Shown here piece after piece: positions 19,422 to 28,083 of a stretch of 64,000 bases of DNA. Each line of letters starts with the position of its first letter. Positions within the stretch are counted from its first letter, which is position 1. Source of the DNA: an uncultured Gammaproteobacteria bacterium. GTDB taxonomy: Bacteria; Pseudomonadota; Gammaproteobacteria; DRLM01. The stretch lies in contig CAVSNY010000007.1 of the NCBI GenBank assembly GCA_963729605.1, positions 128,001 through 192,000 on the forward strand, given 5' to 3'. The notes beneath the pieces are model-generated. The model was not told where the DNA came from and searched no databases. It saw only the letters and a program-made list of their open reading frames with translations. The position numbers and the translations under genes are program-made.

Positions 19422-20708
19422 TTAGAGTTGCGAGAATACCTGTTCCGACGCGATCAGGGTGTTTTTGATCTCGCGTTTGCCGTGCGCGGCGGAAACGAAA
19501 CCCGCTTCGTAGGCCGACGGCGCGAGGTACACGCCCTGCGCCAGCATGCCGTGGAAGAACAGCTTGAAGCGCTCGACATTGCAGTTGGTCACCTGATAAT
19601 AATCCCGCACCGCTTTTTCCTCGGTGAAGAACAGGCCGAACATGCCGCCGACCTGATTGGTGGTGAGCGGGATGTCGAAGGCCTTGGCGCGCGTCACCAG
19701 GCCGTGGGTGAGGTGTTCGGTGCGGTCACTGAGTTCGGAGAAGAAGCCGGGCTTCTCGATCTCTTTCAACATCGCGAGGCCCGCCGCCATCGCCACCGGA
19801 TTACCCGACAGCGTGCCGGCCTGATACACCGGCCCGAGCGGCGCGATCTTTTCCATGATCACGCGCTTGCCGCCGAAGGCGCCGACCGGCAGGCCGCCGC
19901 CGATCACTTTGCCGAGCGTCGTGAGGTCGGGCGTGACTTTGTAATAGTGCCTGCGCGCCGCCGAGCGCGACGCGGAAGCCGGTCATCACTTCGTCGAAGA
20001 TCAGCACGCTGCCGTAGTCGTCGCAGAGCGTGCGCAGGCCCTCGAGAAAGCCGGGTTTGGGCAGCACGCAGTTCATGTTGCCCGCCACCGGCTCGACGAT
20101 GATGCAGGCGATTCTGGCCGCCGACTTGCGCGAAGGTGTCGCGCACCTGGTCGAGGTCGTTGTAGTCGAGGGTGATGGTGTGTTCGGCGAGCGCCGCCGG
20201 CACGCCGGCGCGAGGTCGGCACGCCCAGCGTCAGCGCGCCCGAGCCGGCCTTGACCAGCAGCGAATCGGCGTGGCCGTGGTAGCAGCCTTCGAATTTGAC
20301 GATCTTGTCGCGGCCGGTGAAACCGCGCGCGAGGCGGATCGCGCTCATGGTCGCTTCGGTGCCGGAACTCACCATGCGCACCATCTCGATCGACGGCACC
20401 AGCGCGCAGACCTTCTCCGCCATCTCGGTCTCGATGCGCGGTCGGCGCGCCGAAGCCGAGGCCGTTGTCGATCGCGCGCCTTCACCGCGGCGATCACCTC
20501 CGGATGCGCATGGCCCGAGAATCATCGGCCCCCACGAGCCGACGTAGTCGATGTATTGCCGGTCGTCCTCGTCGTAGAGATAGGCGCCTTCGCCGCGCTT
20601 GAAGAACAGCGGGTCGCCGCCGACGCCGCGGAAGGCGCGCACCGGCGAGTTGACGCCGCCGGGGATGTGGCGTTGGGCCTGGAGAAATAAATCGTGTGAG
20701 CGGGTCAT
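19422..20708 (-). CDS. hemL: Glutamate-1-semialdehyde 2,1-aminomutase (several apparent sequencing frameshifts)
   Basis: Fragments in different frames: [68 protein letters not shown]. Confidence 0.92.
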
Positions 20709-20737
20709 CGAGACTCCTTAACAAGCAAGATGTAGTT

Positions 20738-21397
20738 TTATTTTATTGCAGTCTGCGCGGCGCGCCGCGGCGGCCTGAACAGGCGTGCGATCTCCATCGC
20801 CGCGCCTTGCGGGTCGGCCTGGCCGAACACGCCGTGGATCACCGCCAGCAGGTCGGCGCCCGCCGCGATCAGCGCGCCGCCGTTTTCGGCGTTGACGCCG
20901 CCGATGGCCGCGACGGGAATCCGCACTGCGCCTTTGGCCTCGCGCAACAAGTCGGGCGACGCCGGCACGGCCTCAGGTTTGGTGCGCGAAGGAAAGAACC
21001 GCCCGAACGCGACGTAACTGGCCCCGGCGGCCTCGGCCTGCACGGCGCGCGGCAATTCATTGTAACAGGACACACCGATGATGGCCGTGGCGCCGAGCCG
21101 CGCCCGTGCGCTGGAGAGCGCGCCATCGTCGCGGCCGAGGTGCACGCCGTCGGCGCCGATGTCGGCGGCGAGTTCGATGTCGTCGTTGATGATCAGCGGC
21201 ACCCGCGCGGCGCGGCACAGGCGCAGCAGCGCGGCGGCCAGCTGGCGCTGATCCGCGGGGTCGCTGCGCTTGTCACGGTATTGAAGCATCGCCGCGCCGC
21301 CGGCGAGGGCGGCGCCGACTTGTTCGGCGAGGCGCGACGGCGCGGTGAGCGCGGGATCGGTGATGGCGTAGAGGCCCCGCTGCCAGGCGGCGTTCAC
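20738..21397 (-). CDS. thiE: Thiamine phosphate synthase
   Basis: GLYAITD, LQYRDK, LIINDD, GVHLG, GVSCYN and AIGG motifs; GTG start 21397 overlaps the thiD stop. Confidence 0.92.
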   Translation of the reverse strand: MNAAWQRGLYAITDPALTAPSRLAEQVGAALAGGAAMLQYRDKRSDPADQRQLAAALLRLCRAARVPLIINDDIELAADIGADGVHLGRDDGALSSARARLGATAIIGVSCYNELPRAVQAEAAGASYVAFGRFFPSRTKPEAVPASPDLLREAKGAVRIPVAAIGGVNAENGGALIAAGADLLAVIHGVFGQADPQGAAMEIARLFRPPRRAAQTAIK

Positions 21398-22215
21398 GTC
21401 TCCTCTTCCTCCTCCGACGACTGCGCCCAGAAGAAGCGGTTGGGCAGGCGCTGGCCCATGCCGAGGCGGTGACCGTGATTGAGCGCGTCCCACGTGTATT
21501 GTTGGGCCTCGCGCACGGCGGAGAGCGGGTCGAGCCCCTGCGCCAGCAGGCCGGCGGCGGCGGCGGCCAGGGTGCAGCCCGAGCCGTGGTAATGGGCGGG
21601 CAGGCGTTCCCAGCTGTAGGTTTCCAATTGGCGGCGATTGCCGTAGAGGGTGTTGACCACGTCGGTGGTGCGTTCGTGGGCGCCGGTGATCAGCACGTAT
21701 TCGCAGCCGGCCTCCAGCAGTTCCTGGGCGCAGGCCTCCAGGCTGTCGGCCTCCGGCGCCAGCATCCGCGCCTCGTGGCTGTTGGGGGTGAGCAGGGTGG
21801 TGTCGGGAAACAGGAGATTGACCAGGGCATCCATTACGTCGTCGTCGGAGAGCGCGCCGCCGCCGCCGGCGAGGATGATGGGGTCGAGCACCACCGGGAT
21901 GTCGGGATAGTCGGTCAAAATGGTGTGGACCGCCTCGACGTTTTCCACGCTGCCGAGCATGCCGATTTTGATGACGGCGACCGACATGTCTTCCAGCACC
22001 GCGCGGGCCTGTTCGATGACCAGGGTGGGATCGATCGCCGAATAGCCTTTGACGTTTTCGGTGTCTTGCACGGTGACGGCGGTGATGACCGGCGCGGCGT
22101 GGCAGCCCATGCTGGCGATGGCCTCGATGTCGGCCTGGATGCCGGCACCGCCGGTGGCGTCGGTGCCGCCGAAACACATGACGACGGGTATCCCTTCCTG
22201 TGCATTCATATTCAT
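21394..22215 (-). CDS. thiD: Hydroxymethylpyrimidine/phosphomethylpyrimidine kinase
   Basis: DATGGAGIQAD, KIGML, VVLDP, LTPN and HGSGCTLA motifs. Confidence 0.9.
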   Translation of the reverse strand: MNMNAQEGIPVVMCFGGTDATGGAGIQADIEAIASMGCHAAPVITAVTVQDTENVKGYSAIDPTLVIEQARAVLEDMSVAVIKIGMLGSVENVEAVHTILTDYPDIPVVLDPIILAGGGGALSDDDVMDALVNLLFPDTTLLTPNSHEARMLAPEADSLEACAQELLEAGCEYVLITGAHERTTDVVNTLYGNRRQLETYSWERLPAHYHGSGCTLAAAAAGLLAQGLDPLSAVREAQQYTWDALNHGHRLGMGQRLPNRFFWAQSSEEEEET

Positions 22216-22337
22216 TCTCCAGCGGCTGCGCGTCCTCGGACGATGACGGCGATTGTAGCACTTCCGGCCTTTTACCGGCGCGGGGGACCGTGCGACAATT
22301 GGCGCCGCGTTTTTGAAATAGTCATTTGGAGGTTACA

Positions 22338-22529
22338 GTGCAATCCGATCTGTCCGGCGCAGACTACAAGCAGTACATGTGCCTCATTTGCGGCTTTATT
22401 TACGATGAGGCGTTAGGACGACCGGAAGAGGGCATCCCGCCGGGCACCCGGTGGGAAGACGTCCCTATTTATTGGAGCTGCCCCGATTGCGGCGCCGTCA
22501 AGGACGACTTCGAGATGGTGGAGATTTAA
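22338..22529 (+). CDS. Rubredoxin
   Basis: [10 protein letters not shown]...[16 protein letters not shown]; GGAGG RBS before GTG 22338. Confidence 0.95.
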   Translation: MQSDLSGADYKQYMCLICGFIYDEALGRPEEGIPPGTRWEDVPIYWSCPDCGAVKDDFEMVEI

Positions 22530-22778
22530 AATTTAAAAAAGTCTTGAATAATCCCTCTGGAATTCTCAGGGCTGGGAAAGCGAAACATGCGATGTTCGCT
22601 TTCCTTCATTTTCAATGGCGGCGCATCCGGGTGTCGCGGGAACTGAACAAATCAGAGAGCCCCTTAATTTGACATGCCGCGCCGCGGGAGACCCCGCGTG
22701 ACGGCGCGGGTGCGGTTTTTTGATATGCGCAACCGCGTCCGGATTTGATCGCGCGGGCACGGCGTCTATTCCAATCAT

Positions 22779-22817
22779 CGGCCTTGGCCTGCGACCCATT
22801 GCCGCAGGCCAAGGCCG
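22779..22817. promoter_or_regulatory. 15-bp inverted repeat enclosing a RegA/PrrA-type box upstream of regB
   Basis: CGGCCTTGGCCTGCG-ACCCATTGC-CGCAGGCCAAGGCCG; the core GCGAC-N5-GCCGC matches the GCGNC..GNCGC RegA consensus. Confidence 0.55.
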
Positions 22818-22858
22818 GGCGGTTTGTTCATACTTGCGCAAAACTGCGAGCGGGCTAC

Positions 22859-24130
22859 GTGGACGACGACGGATTCAATCTCCCCTCTTCCAGCTTAAAT
22901 CTGCGACGGCTGGTCACCTTGCGCGCCATCACCTTGCTGGCGCAGCTGGCGGTGGTGTTGACCGCCCATTATGGTTTGGACGTGGCGTTGCGGTTGCCGG
23001 CGCTGTTGGGCGTGATCGCGCTGATGGCGGCGCTCAACGGTCTGAGCTGGTGGCGCATGCGCGGCGCGCGGCCGGTGACCGACGCCGAGCTGTTCGGGCA
23101 AATGCTGGTGGACGTGGCCGGGCTCAGCGCGCTGCTCTATTTCGCCGGCGGCGCCACCAATCCCTTCGTGATGTTGATGCTGCTGCCGTTGACCATGGCC
23201 GCCGCGGCCTTGCCGCCGCGGTTCAGCTGGAGCATGGCGGCGGTGATCGTGGCGTGTTACACCTTGCTGATGTTCGTTTATCAGCCCATCGGGGACGACC
23301 GGCACGCGCATAACGATCCCTTCGCCATGCATGTGCTGGGGATGTGGGTGGCCTTTGTGTTGAGCGTCGCGGTGGTGGCGTATTTCGTGGTGCGCATGGG
23401 CGAGACCCTGCGCGACCGCGAACGCCGCTTGGCGCAGGCGCGCGAGCGGGCCTTGCGCGACGCGCAGGTGGTGGCGCTGGGCGCGCTGGCGGCGGGCGCG
23501 GCCCACGAGTTGGGCACGCCCTTGGGTACTTTGGCGATACTGACCGGCGAATTGGAACGCGAACATGGCGGGGTGGCCGGGATCGCCGATACCGCGCGTC
23601 TGATGCGGAGCCAGGTGACGCGCTGCAAAGAGGCGTTGTCGCGCTTGACCGCCGATGCGGATCATCCGTCGGCGGAGGCGGCGTACCCGCAATCCGCCGA
23701 TGCCTTTCTCGACACCGGCCTCGCGCATTGGCGCGCGCTGCGGCCCACCGCCGTGGTCGATACGCGTTGGCGCGGGGCGCGGCCCGGCCCGCAGCTGTTG
23801 GCCGGCGCCGCCTTGCAACAGGCCTTGATCAATGTGCTGGACAACGCGGCGGATGCCTCGCCGCGCGGCGTGACGCTCAGCGGCGACTGGGACGGGGACG
23901 CCCTGGTGATAGAGGTGCATGACCAGGGCGGCGGGTTTTCCGCCGAGGTGCTGGCGGTGGCGGGCCGGCGCATGATCAGTACCAAAAGCGGTGAACAGGG
24001 CATGGGCATCGGTTTATTACTGACCCGCGCCGCGGTGGAGCGTTATGGCGGACGGATGGAATGTTTCAATCGGGGCGGCGGCGCGTGCGTGCGGATCAGC
24101 CTGCCTTTATTGACGGTGCGGACGCCGTGA
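22859..24130 (+). CDS. regB: RegB/PrrB-type redox-sensing histidine kinase
   Basis: Quinone-binding GGATNPF, H-box AHELGTPL, six TM segments, GMGIGL. GTG start is inferred. Confidence 0.9.
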   Translation: MDDDGFNLPSSSLNLRRLVTLRAITLLAQLAVVLTAHYGLDVALRLPALLGVIALMAALNGLSWWRMRGARPVTDAELFGQMLVDVAGLSALLYFAGGATNPFVMLMLLPLTMAAAALPPRFSWSMAAVIVACYTLLMFVYQPIGDDRHAHNDPFAMHVLGMWVAFVLSVAVVAYFVVRMGETLRDRERRLAQARERALRDAQVVALGALAAGAAHELGTPLGTLAILTGELEREHGGVAGIADTARLMRSQVTRCKEALSRLTADADHPSAEAAYPQSADAFLDTGLAHWRALRPTAVVDTRWRGARPGPQLLAGAALQQALINVLDNAADASPRGVTLSGDWDGDALVIEVHDQGGGFSAEVLAVAGRRMISTKSGEQGMGIGLLLTRAAVERYGGRMECFNRGGGACVRISLPLLTVRTP

Positions 24131-24675
24131 TGCCCGGGATCGACCAGACTTTTTTGCTGCTGGTGGATGACGACCCGGTTTATTGCCAGGTATTGGCGCG
24201 GGCCTTGGCCAAGCGCGGTTTCGCGGTGGAGGTCGCGCATGATGTGGCCGCCGCGCTGGCCCGGCTGGAGGACGGCACGCCCCAATTCGCGGTGGTCGAT
24301 CTCAATCTGCCGGGCCCTTCCGGCTTGACCCTGGTGCAGGCGCTGCACGGGCGCAATCCCGCGGCGCGGATCGTCGTCCTCACCGGTTATGCCAGCATCG
24401 CCACCGCGGTGGAGGCCATCAAGCTGGGCGCCACCTATTATCTGGCGAAACCGGCCGAGGCGGATGAGATCGTCGCCGCGCTGTCGAGCGGCGAGGCGGG
24501 GAATCCCGACCTGGAGGTGTTGCCGCGGCCGATGTCGGTGAACCGGCTCGAGTGGGAGCATTTGCAAAAGGTGTTGGCGGAGTGCGGCGGCAATATTTCC
24601 GAGGCCTCGCGCCGCCTGGGCATGCACCGGCGCAGTTTGCAGCGTAAGCTTAAAAAGCGTCCGGCGCGCAGTTGA
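24130..24675 (+). CDS. regA: RegA/PrrA-type response regulator
   Basis: LLVDDD, LTGYASIATAVEAIKLGA..YLAKPA and C-terminal LEWEHLQKVL..CGGNISEASRRLGMHRRSLQRKL. Confidence 0.93.
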   Translation: MPGIDQTFLLLVDDDPVYCQVLARALAKRGFAVEVAHDVAAALARLEDGTPQFAVVDLNLPGPSGLTLVQALHGRNPAARIVVLTGYASIATAVEAIKLGATYYLAKPAEADEIVAALSSGEAGNPDLEVLPRPMSVNRLEWEHLQKVLAECGGNISEASRRLGMHRRSLQRKLKKRPARS

Positions 24676-24695
24676 CCGGCTCGTTGGACGAGTCT

Positions 24696-24730
24696 AAAAA
24701 AACAAAAGCCAGCCCGAGGGCTGGCTTTTG
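24696..24730. terminator. Bidirectional terminator between regA and the cytochrome c gene
   Basis: A-run, then AAAAGCCAGCCC-GA-GGGCTGGCTTTT, between convergent genes. Confidence 0.8.
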
Positions 24731-24752
24731 ATCTGCCACTACTAAAACGAGA

Positions 24753-25088
24753 TCAGGGCAGCGCGAGCAGGAAATCGACCAACTTTTCGATGTCGGCGTC
24801 AGCAACGCGGGGGGAGTACGGAGGCATTGGTACGCCGCCGGTGAGTTCGGTCCAGTTACCCTTGCCGCCTTTTTTCACTTTTTCAACCAAAGTAGCCTTG
24901 GCACCGGCGTCGCCCTTGTATTTTTTGGCGACGTCACCCCAGCTGGGGCCAACGACTTTTTTGTCGACGGCGTGGCAGGCCAAGCAACCGGCCTTCTTCG
25001 CCAAGTCCATGCCCTCTTCGGCGTTCGCCTGAGCGGCCGCCATCATCAACACCGCTGCAGCGGATATGCTCAACAAACGTGCTTTCAT
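24753..25088 (-). CDS. Class I monoheme cytochrome c (c551/c552-like)
   Basis: Signal peptide (AQANA), CLACH, KVVGP and distal ligand in GVPMPP. Confidence 0.93.
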   Translation of the reverse strand: MKARLLSISAAAVLMMAAAQANAEEGMDLAKKAGCLACHAVDKKVVGPSWGDVAKKYKGDAGAKATLVEKVKKGGKGNWTELTGGVPMPPYSPRVADADIEKLVDFLLALP

Positions 25089-25409
25089 CGGTTTCTCCTT
25101 CACTCGTATTGTGTTACCAACATAAAACCGCGCTCCACAGGGAGCTTTGCCCCTTGACTATGAGCGCTTGGATGGTCTTGGGGATTGTTTAAGGACAGTG
25201 AATTCCAGTCGGTAGCACGCCCTCCCCATGCTCCCTCGTCCAAGTCGTATAACGGCTTGCCGGGGCTTTATGCCATGGGCTTGGCAGAAGTGTCAAGGTA
25301 CGGCGCTGGGAATTTACGCAAAGGGCCGTAGCATGGCAAGAGTGAATTGGTTAGAGTTGGAGGTTACGTAGCATTTGGTCGGGGATGTCGGCGCGAGGGA
25401 TGTCGGAAA

Positions 25410-26438
25410 ATGGGGTCGCGGGTTTTGCTGTTGGCAAGCTGGGTGATGGGAGTGGGCATGAGCGCGGCGGCCGCGGTGTCGGCGTCGGAATGCGCGCAGT
25501 GCCATACGGGTATGGATCACCGCCGCCTGCAGGTGACGGTGGGAAGTGAATGCGTCAGTTGCCACCGCGACGCGACTCGGGCCAAGCAAACCGCCATGAC
25601 GGCGCCCAAATCGGCGGGCCACTTACGGCGGGTGGCGGCCCGGGACGAGCCGGTTCACGCGCCGGCCGCCAAAGCCCGGCCCCCGGTGAGCGCCGAGCCC
25701 AATCCGATGGTGCTGATACCCGCCGGCGAGTTCGTGATGGGCAGCGACGACCGTCTGCCCGACGAGGGGCCGCGCCATACAGTGACCTTGGACGCGTACT
25801 GGCTGGATGTCTATGAAGTCACCAATGCGCAGTACAAAAAATTCATCGACGCTAGCGGGCGGCGTTCCCCCGGCCACTTCCGTAACCGCACCTATCCGCA
25901 GGGCAAGGCCGATCACCCCGTCACCGAGGTGACCTGGTATGACGCGGAGGCCTATTGCGCCTGGGCGGGCAAGCGCCTGCCCAGCGATCAAGAATGGGAG
26001 AAGGGCGCGCGCGGCGGCGACGGCCGGATGTTCCCCTGGGGTGATGAGTTCGACGCCGAGAAGGCCAACACGCCGCTGCGCTGGGCCAAGCTCAAGCAAG
26101 AGGGCGATACCCTGCCGGTAGGATCGTTTCCGGACGGGGTGAGTCCCTATGGCCTGTACGACATGTCGGGTAATGTCTGGGAATGGACCTCATCTTGGTA
26201 TCAAGCTTATCCCGGCAATACCCATCCCAGCGAAAATTACGGCGAGCAGTACAAGACCCTCAAGGGCGGTTCGTGGTGGGATTGTTCGTTCTACAAATGC
26301 GGGATCTCGGCGCCGGTGTTCAATCGCAGTTTCTTTTTGCGGGGCACCCACAATAAGAGTTTCGGTTTTCGCTGCGCGAAAGACGCGGCGCCGCAGGATA
26401 AACAAAAAGTCGCCAAAATTCAGGAGAATTTGCCATGA
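25410..26438 (+). CDS. Exported FGE-sulfatase (SUMF1)-fold protein with N-terminal diheme c segment
   Basis: Signal peptide, CAQCH (25491-25505) and CVSCH (25551-25565), then MVLIPAGEFVMG, EVTN, RLPSDQEWEKGARG, GLYDMSGNVWEW, GGSWWDCSFYKC, GFRC. Confidence 0.88.
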   Translation: MGSRVLLLASWVMGVGMSAAAAVSASECAQCHTGMDHRRLQVTVGSECVSCHRDATRAKQTAMTAPKSAGHLRRVAARDEPVHAPAAKARPPVSAEPNPMVLIPAGEFVMGSDDRLPDEGPRHTVTLDAYWLDVYEVTNAQYKKFIDASGRRSPGHFRNRTYPQGKADHPVTEVTWYDAEAYCAWAGKRLPSDQEWEKGARGGDGRMFPWGDEFDAEKANTPLRWAKLKQEGDTLPVGSFPDGVSPYGLYDMSGNVWEWTSSWYQAYPGNTHPSENYGEQYKTLKGGSWWDCSFYKCGISAPVFNRSFFLRGTHNKSFGFRCAKDAAPQDKQKVAKIQENLP

Positions 26439-27409
26439 GATGGAATAACTTCCGGGGGTGGTGGCGGGCGGGTCTGATATTGATGTCCTGCGTCGGCGTA
26501 CTGCGCGGCGCGGCGGCGGGGGACGACATGGTCTTGGTGGCCGGCGGCGTCTTCACCATGGGCAGCGATCGGGTAGCGAGCGAGGATGAAAGTGCCGGGG
26601 TGGGGACCAACAAACCCTGGTATGCGGACGAACGCCCCGCCCACCCGGTGGAATTGCCGGCCTTTCTCATCGACCGCTATGAGACGACCGATGCCCAATA
26701 CTTGCAATTCGTGGTCGCGACGGGCCACACGCCGCCCTTGCTGTGGGTACAAAACGGTTACCTGCTCAGCGCCCGCCGCCAGGAACTGGCCAAGCTCGAC
26801 ATCGAACGGCTGCGCCATTTGGCGGTGAAGACCTTCAAAATCGATGCGGACACCGGGGTCATGAGTAAAGAGAAGTTATTGGCCGCGATCGACGCCCGGC
26901 TGAGCGAGCTGGACAAAGAGCCGGTGACCAATGTGAGCTGGCACGACGCCGAGGCCTATTGCGCATGGGCCGGCAAGCGTCTGCCTAAAGAGGCGGAATG
27001 GGAAAAGGCGGCGCGGGGCCGCGACGGCCTGGAATTCCCCTGGGGCAATCAGTGGGCGGCCGGCCGCAGCAACGCCGGCGAAGAGATCTGGGAGGACGGC
27101 GTGGCGCCGGTGGGTTCTTATCCCAGCGACAAATCGCCCTACGGCGTGTACGACCTGGCGGGCAACGTGGCCGAATGGGTACAGGAGTGGTATCAGCCCT
27201 ACCCGGGCGCCGAATACCAGAGCAAGGATTTCGGCGAAAAATTCAAGGTGGTGCGCGGTGCGGGCTGGGGCCGGGAAGGTCATTACGCCATGCACCAGTT
27301 CCAGCGCGCCGCGTACCGGTTTTATCTGCCGCCGGAGGCGACCCTGGATGACGTGGGTTTCCGCTGCGTGAAAGAAGTGGCCGCCAAAACCGCGCAACCG
27401 GGCGGCTGA
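26435..27409 (+). CDS. Second exported FGE-sulfatase-fold protein
   Basis: MVLVAGGVFTMG, RLPKEAEWEKAARG, DLAGNVAEW and GFRC motifs; ATGA overlap with the previous gene. Confidence 0.88.
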   Translation: MRWNNFRGWWRAGLILMSCVGVLRGAAAGDDMVLVAGGVFTMGSDRVASEDESAGVGTNKPWYADERPAHPVELPAFLIDRYETTDAQYLQFVVATGHTPPLLWVQNGYLLSARRQELAKLDIERLRHLAVKTFKIDADTGVMSKEKLLAAIDARLSELDKEPVTNVSWHDAEAYCAWAGKRLPKEAEWEKAARGRDGLEFPWGNQWAAGRSNAGEEIWEDGVAPVGSYPSDKSPYGVYDLAGNVAEWVQEWYQPYPGAEYQSKDFGEKFKVVRGAGWGREGHYAMHQFQRAAYRFYLPPEATLDDVGFRCVKEVAAKTAQPGG

Positions 27410-27420
27410 CGGGGTGCCGC

Positions 27421-28056
27421 TTAGACGCGGCGGGCCAGATAATTCATCAGGAATTCGACGATCTCGACCCGGTTGTAGGCCTCTTGCAACGACCCGCCCC
27501 ACACCGTGACGCCGTGTTGATGAATCATCAGGGCGGGCACCGGCGGCGGCGCGGCGGCGAAGCGGGCCTCGATCTCGGCGGCGATGGCCGGTACGTCCAG
27601 CCAATTGGCGAAGAGCGGCAGCGCCACCCGCGGGTTTGCCTCCCAGATCCCCAAGCCCTTGATCATTTCCAGGGGCGGCAGCGGCAGGTCCGTCGCTTGC
27701 GGCCCGCTCCGGGCCGCGGCCAGGCTGGCGTCCACCGTGTGGACGTGCAGGCAGGCGCGGGCCGCCGGGAACAGCCGGTATATCGCCTGGTGGATCGAGG
27801 TTTCCGCCGAAGGTTTGATGCCGGCCCGTCCCAGTTCCAGCACCTGCCCGTCGGCCAAGCCCATGCGCAGGAAATCCGCGCTGTCCAGGCGGCCTTTGGC
27901 CTGCCCGCTGGCGGTGATCCAAAAACTGTTCGGATCGGCGCGGTCGCGCGCGCTCAAATTGCCGGCGGTGCCGGCCATCCAGCCCCGCCCGTGAAAGTCG
28001 CGGGCGATTTCGGCCAGGGCCTGGCACGGTTCTAAATCGTCGAATGAGCGAGACAC
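27421..28056 (-). CDS. mtnB: Methylthioribulose-1-phosphate dehydratase
   Basis: GWMAGTAGNLS, ITASG, KPSAETSIH, CLHVH and HGVTVWG class II aldolase motifs. Confidence 0.85.
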   Translation of the reverse strand: MSRSFDDLEPCQALAEIARDFHGRGWMAGTAGNLSARDRADPNSFWITASGQAKGRLDSADFLRMGLADGQVLELGRAGIKPSAETSIHQAIYRLFPAARACLHVHTVDASLAAARSGPQATDLPLPPLEMIKGLGIWEANPRVALPLFANWLDVPAIAAEIEARFAAAPPPVPALMIHQHGVTVWGGSLQEAYNRVEIVEFLMNYLARRV

Positions 28057-28083
28057 AAGAGGTCCTTGGAATGCGCGCTAAGG

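Noticed and set aside
19422-20708. hemL broken into several ORFs (pseudogene or programmed frameshift?)
   Set aside because: All catalytic motifs are present, the gene is normally essential, and the indels are scattered without slippery-site or hairpin signals. The pattern fits read or assembly errors.
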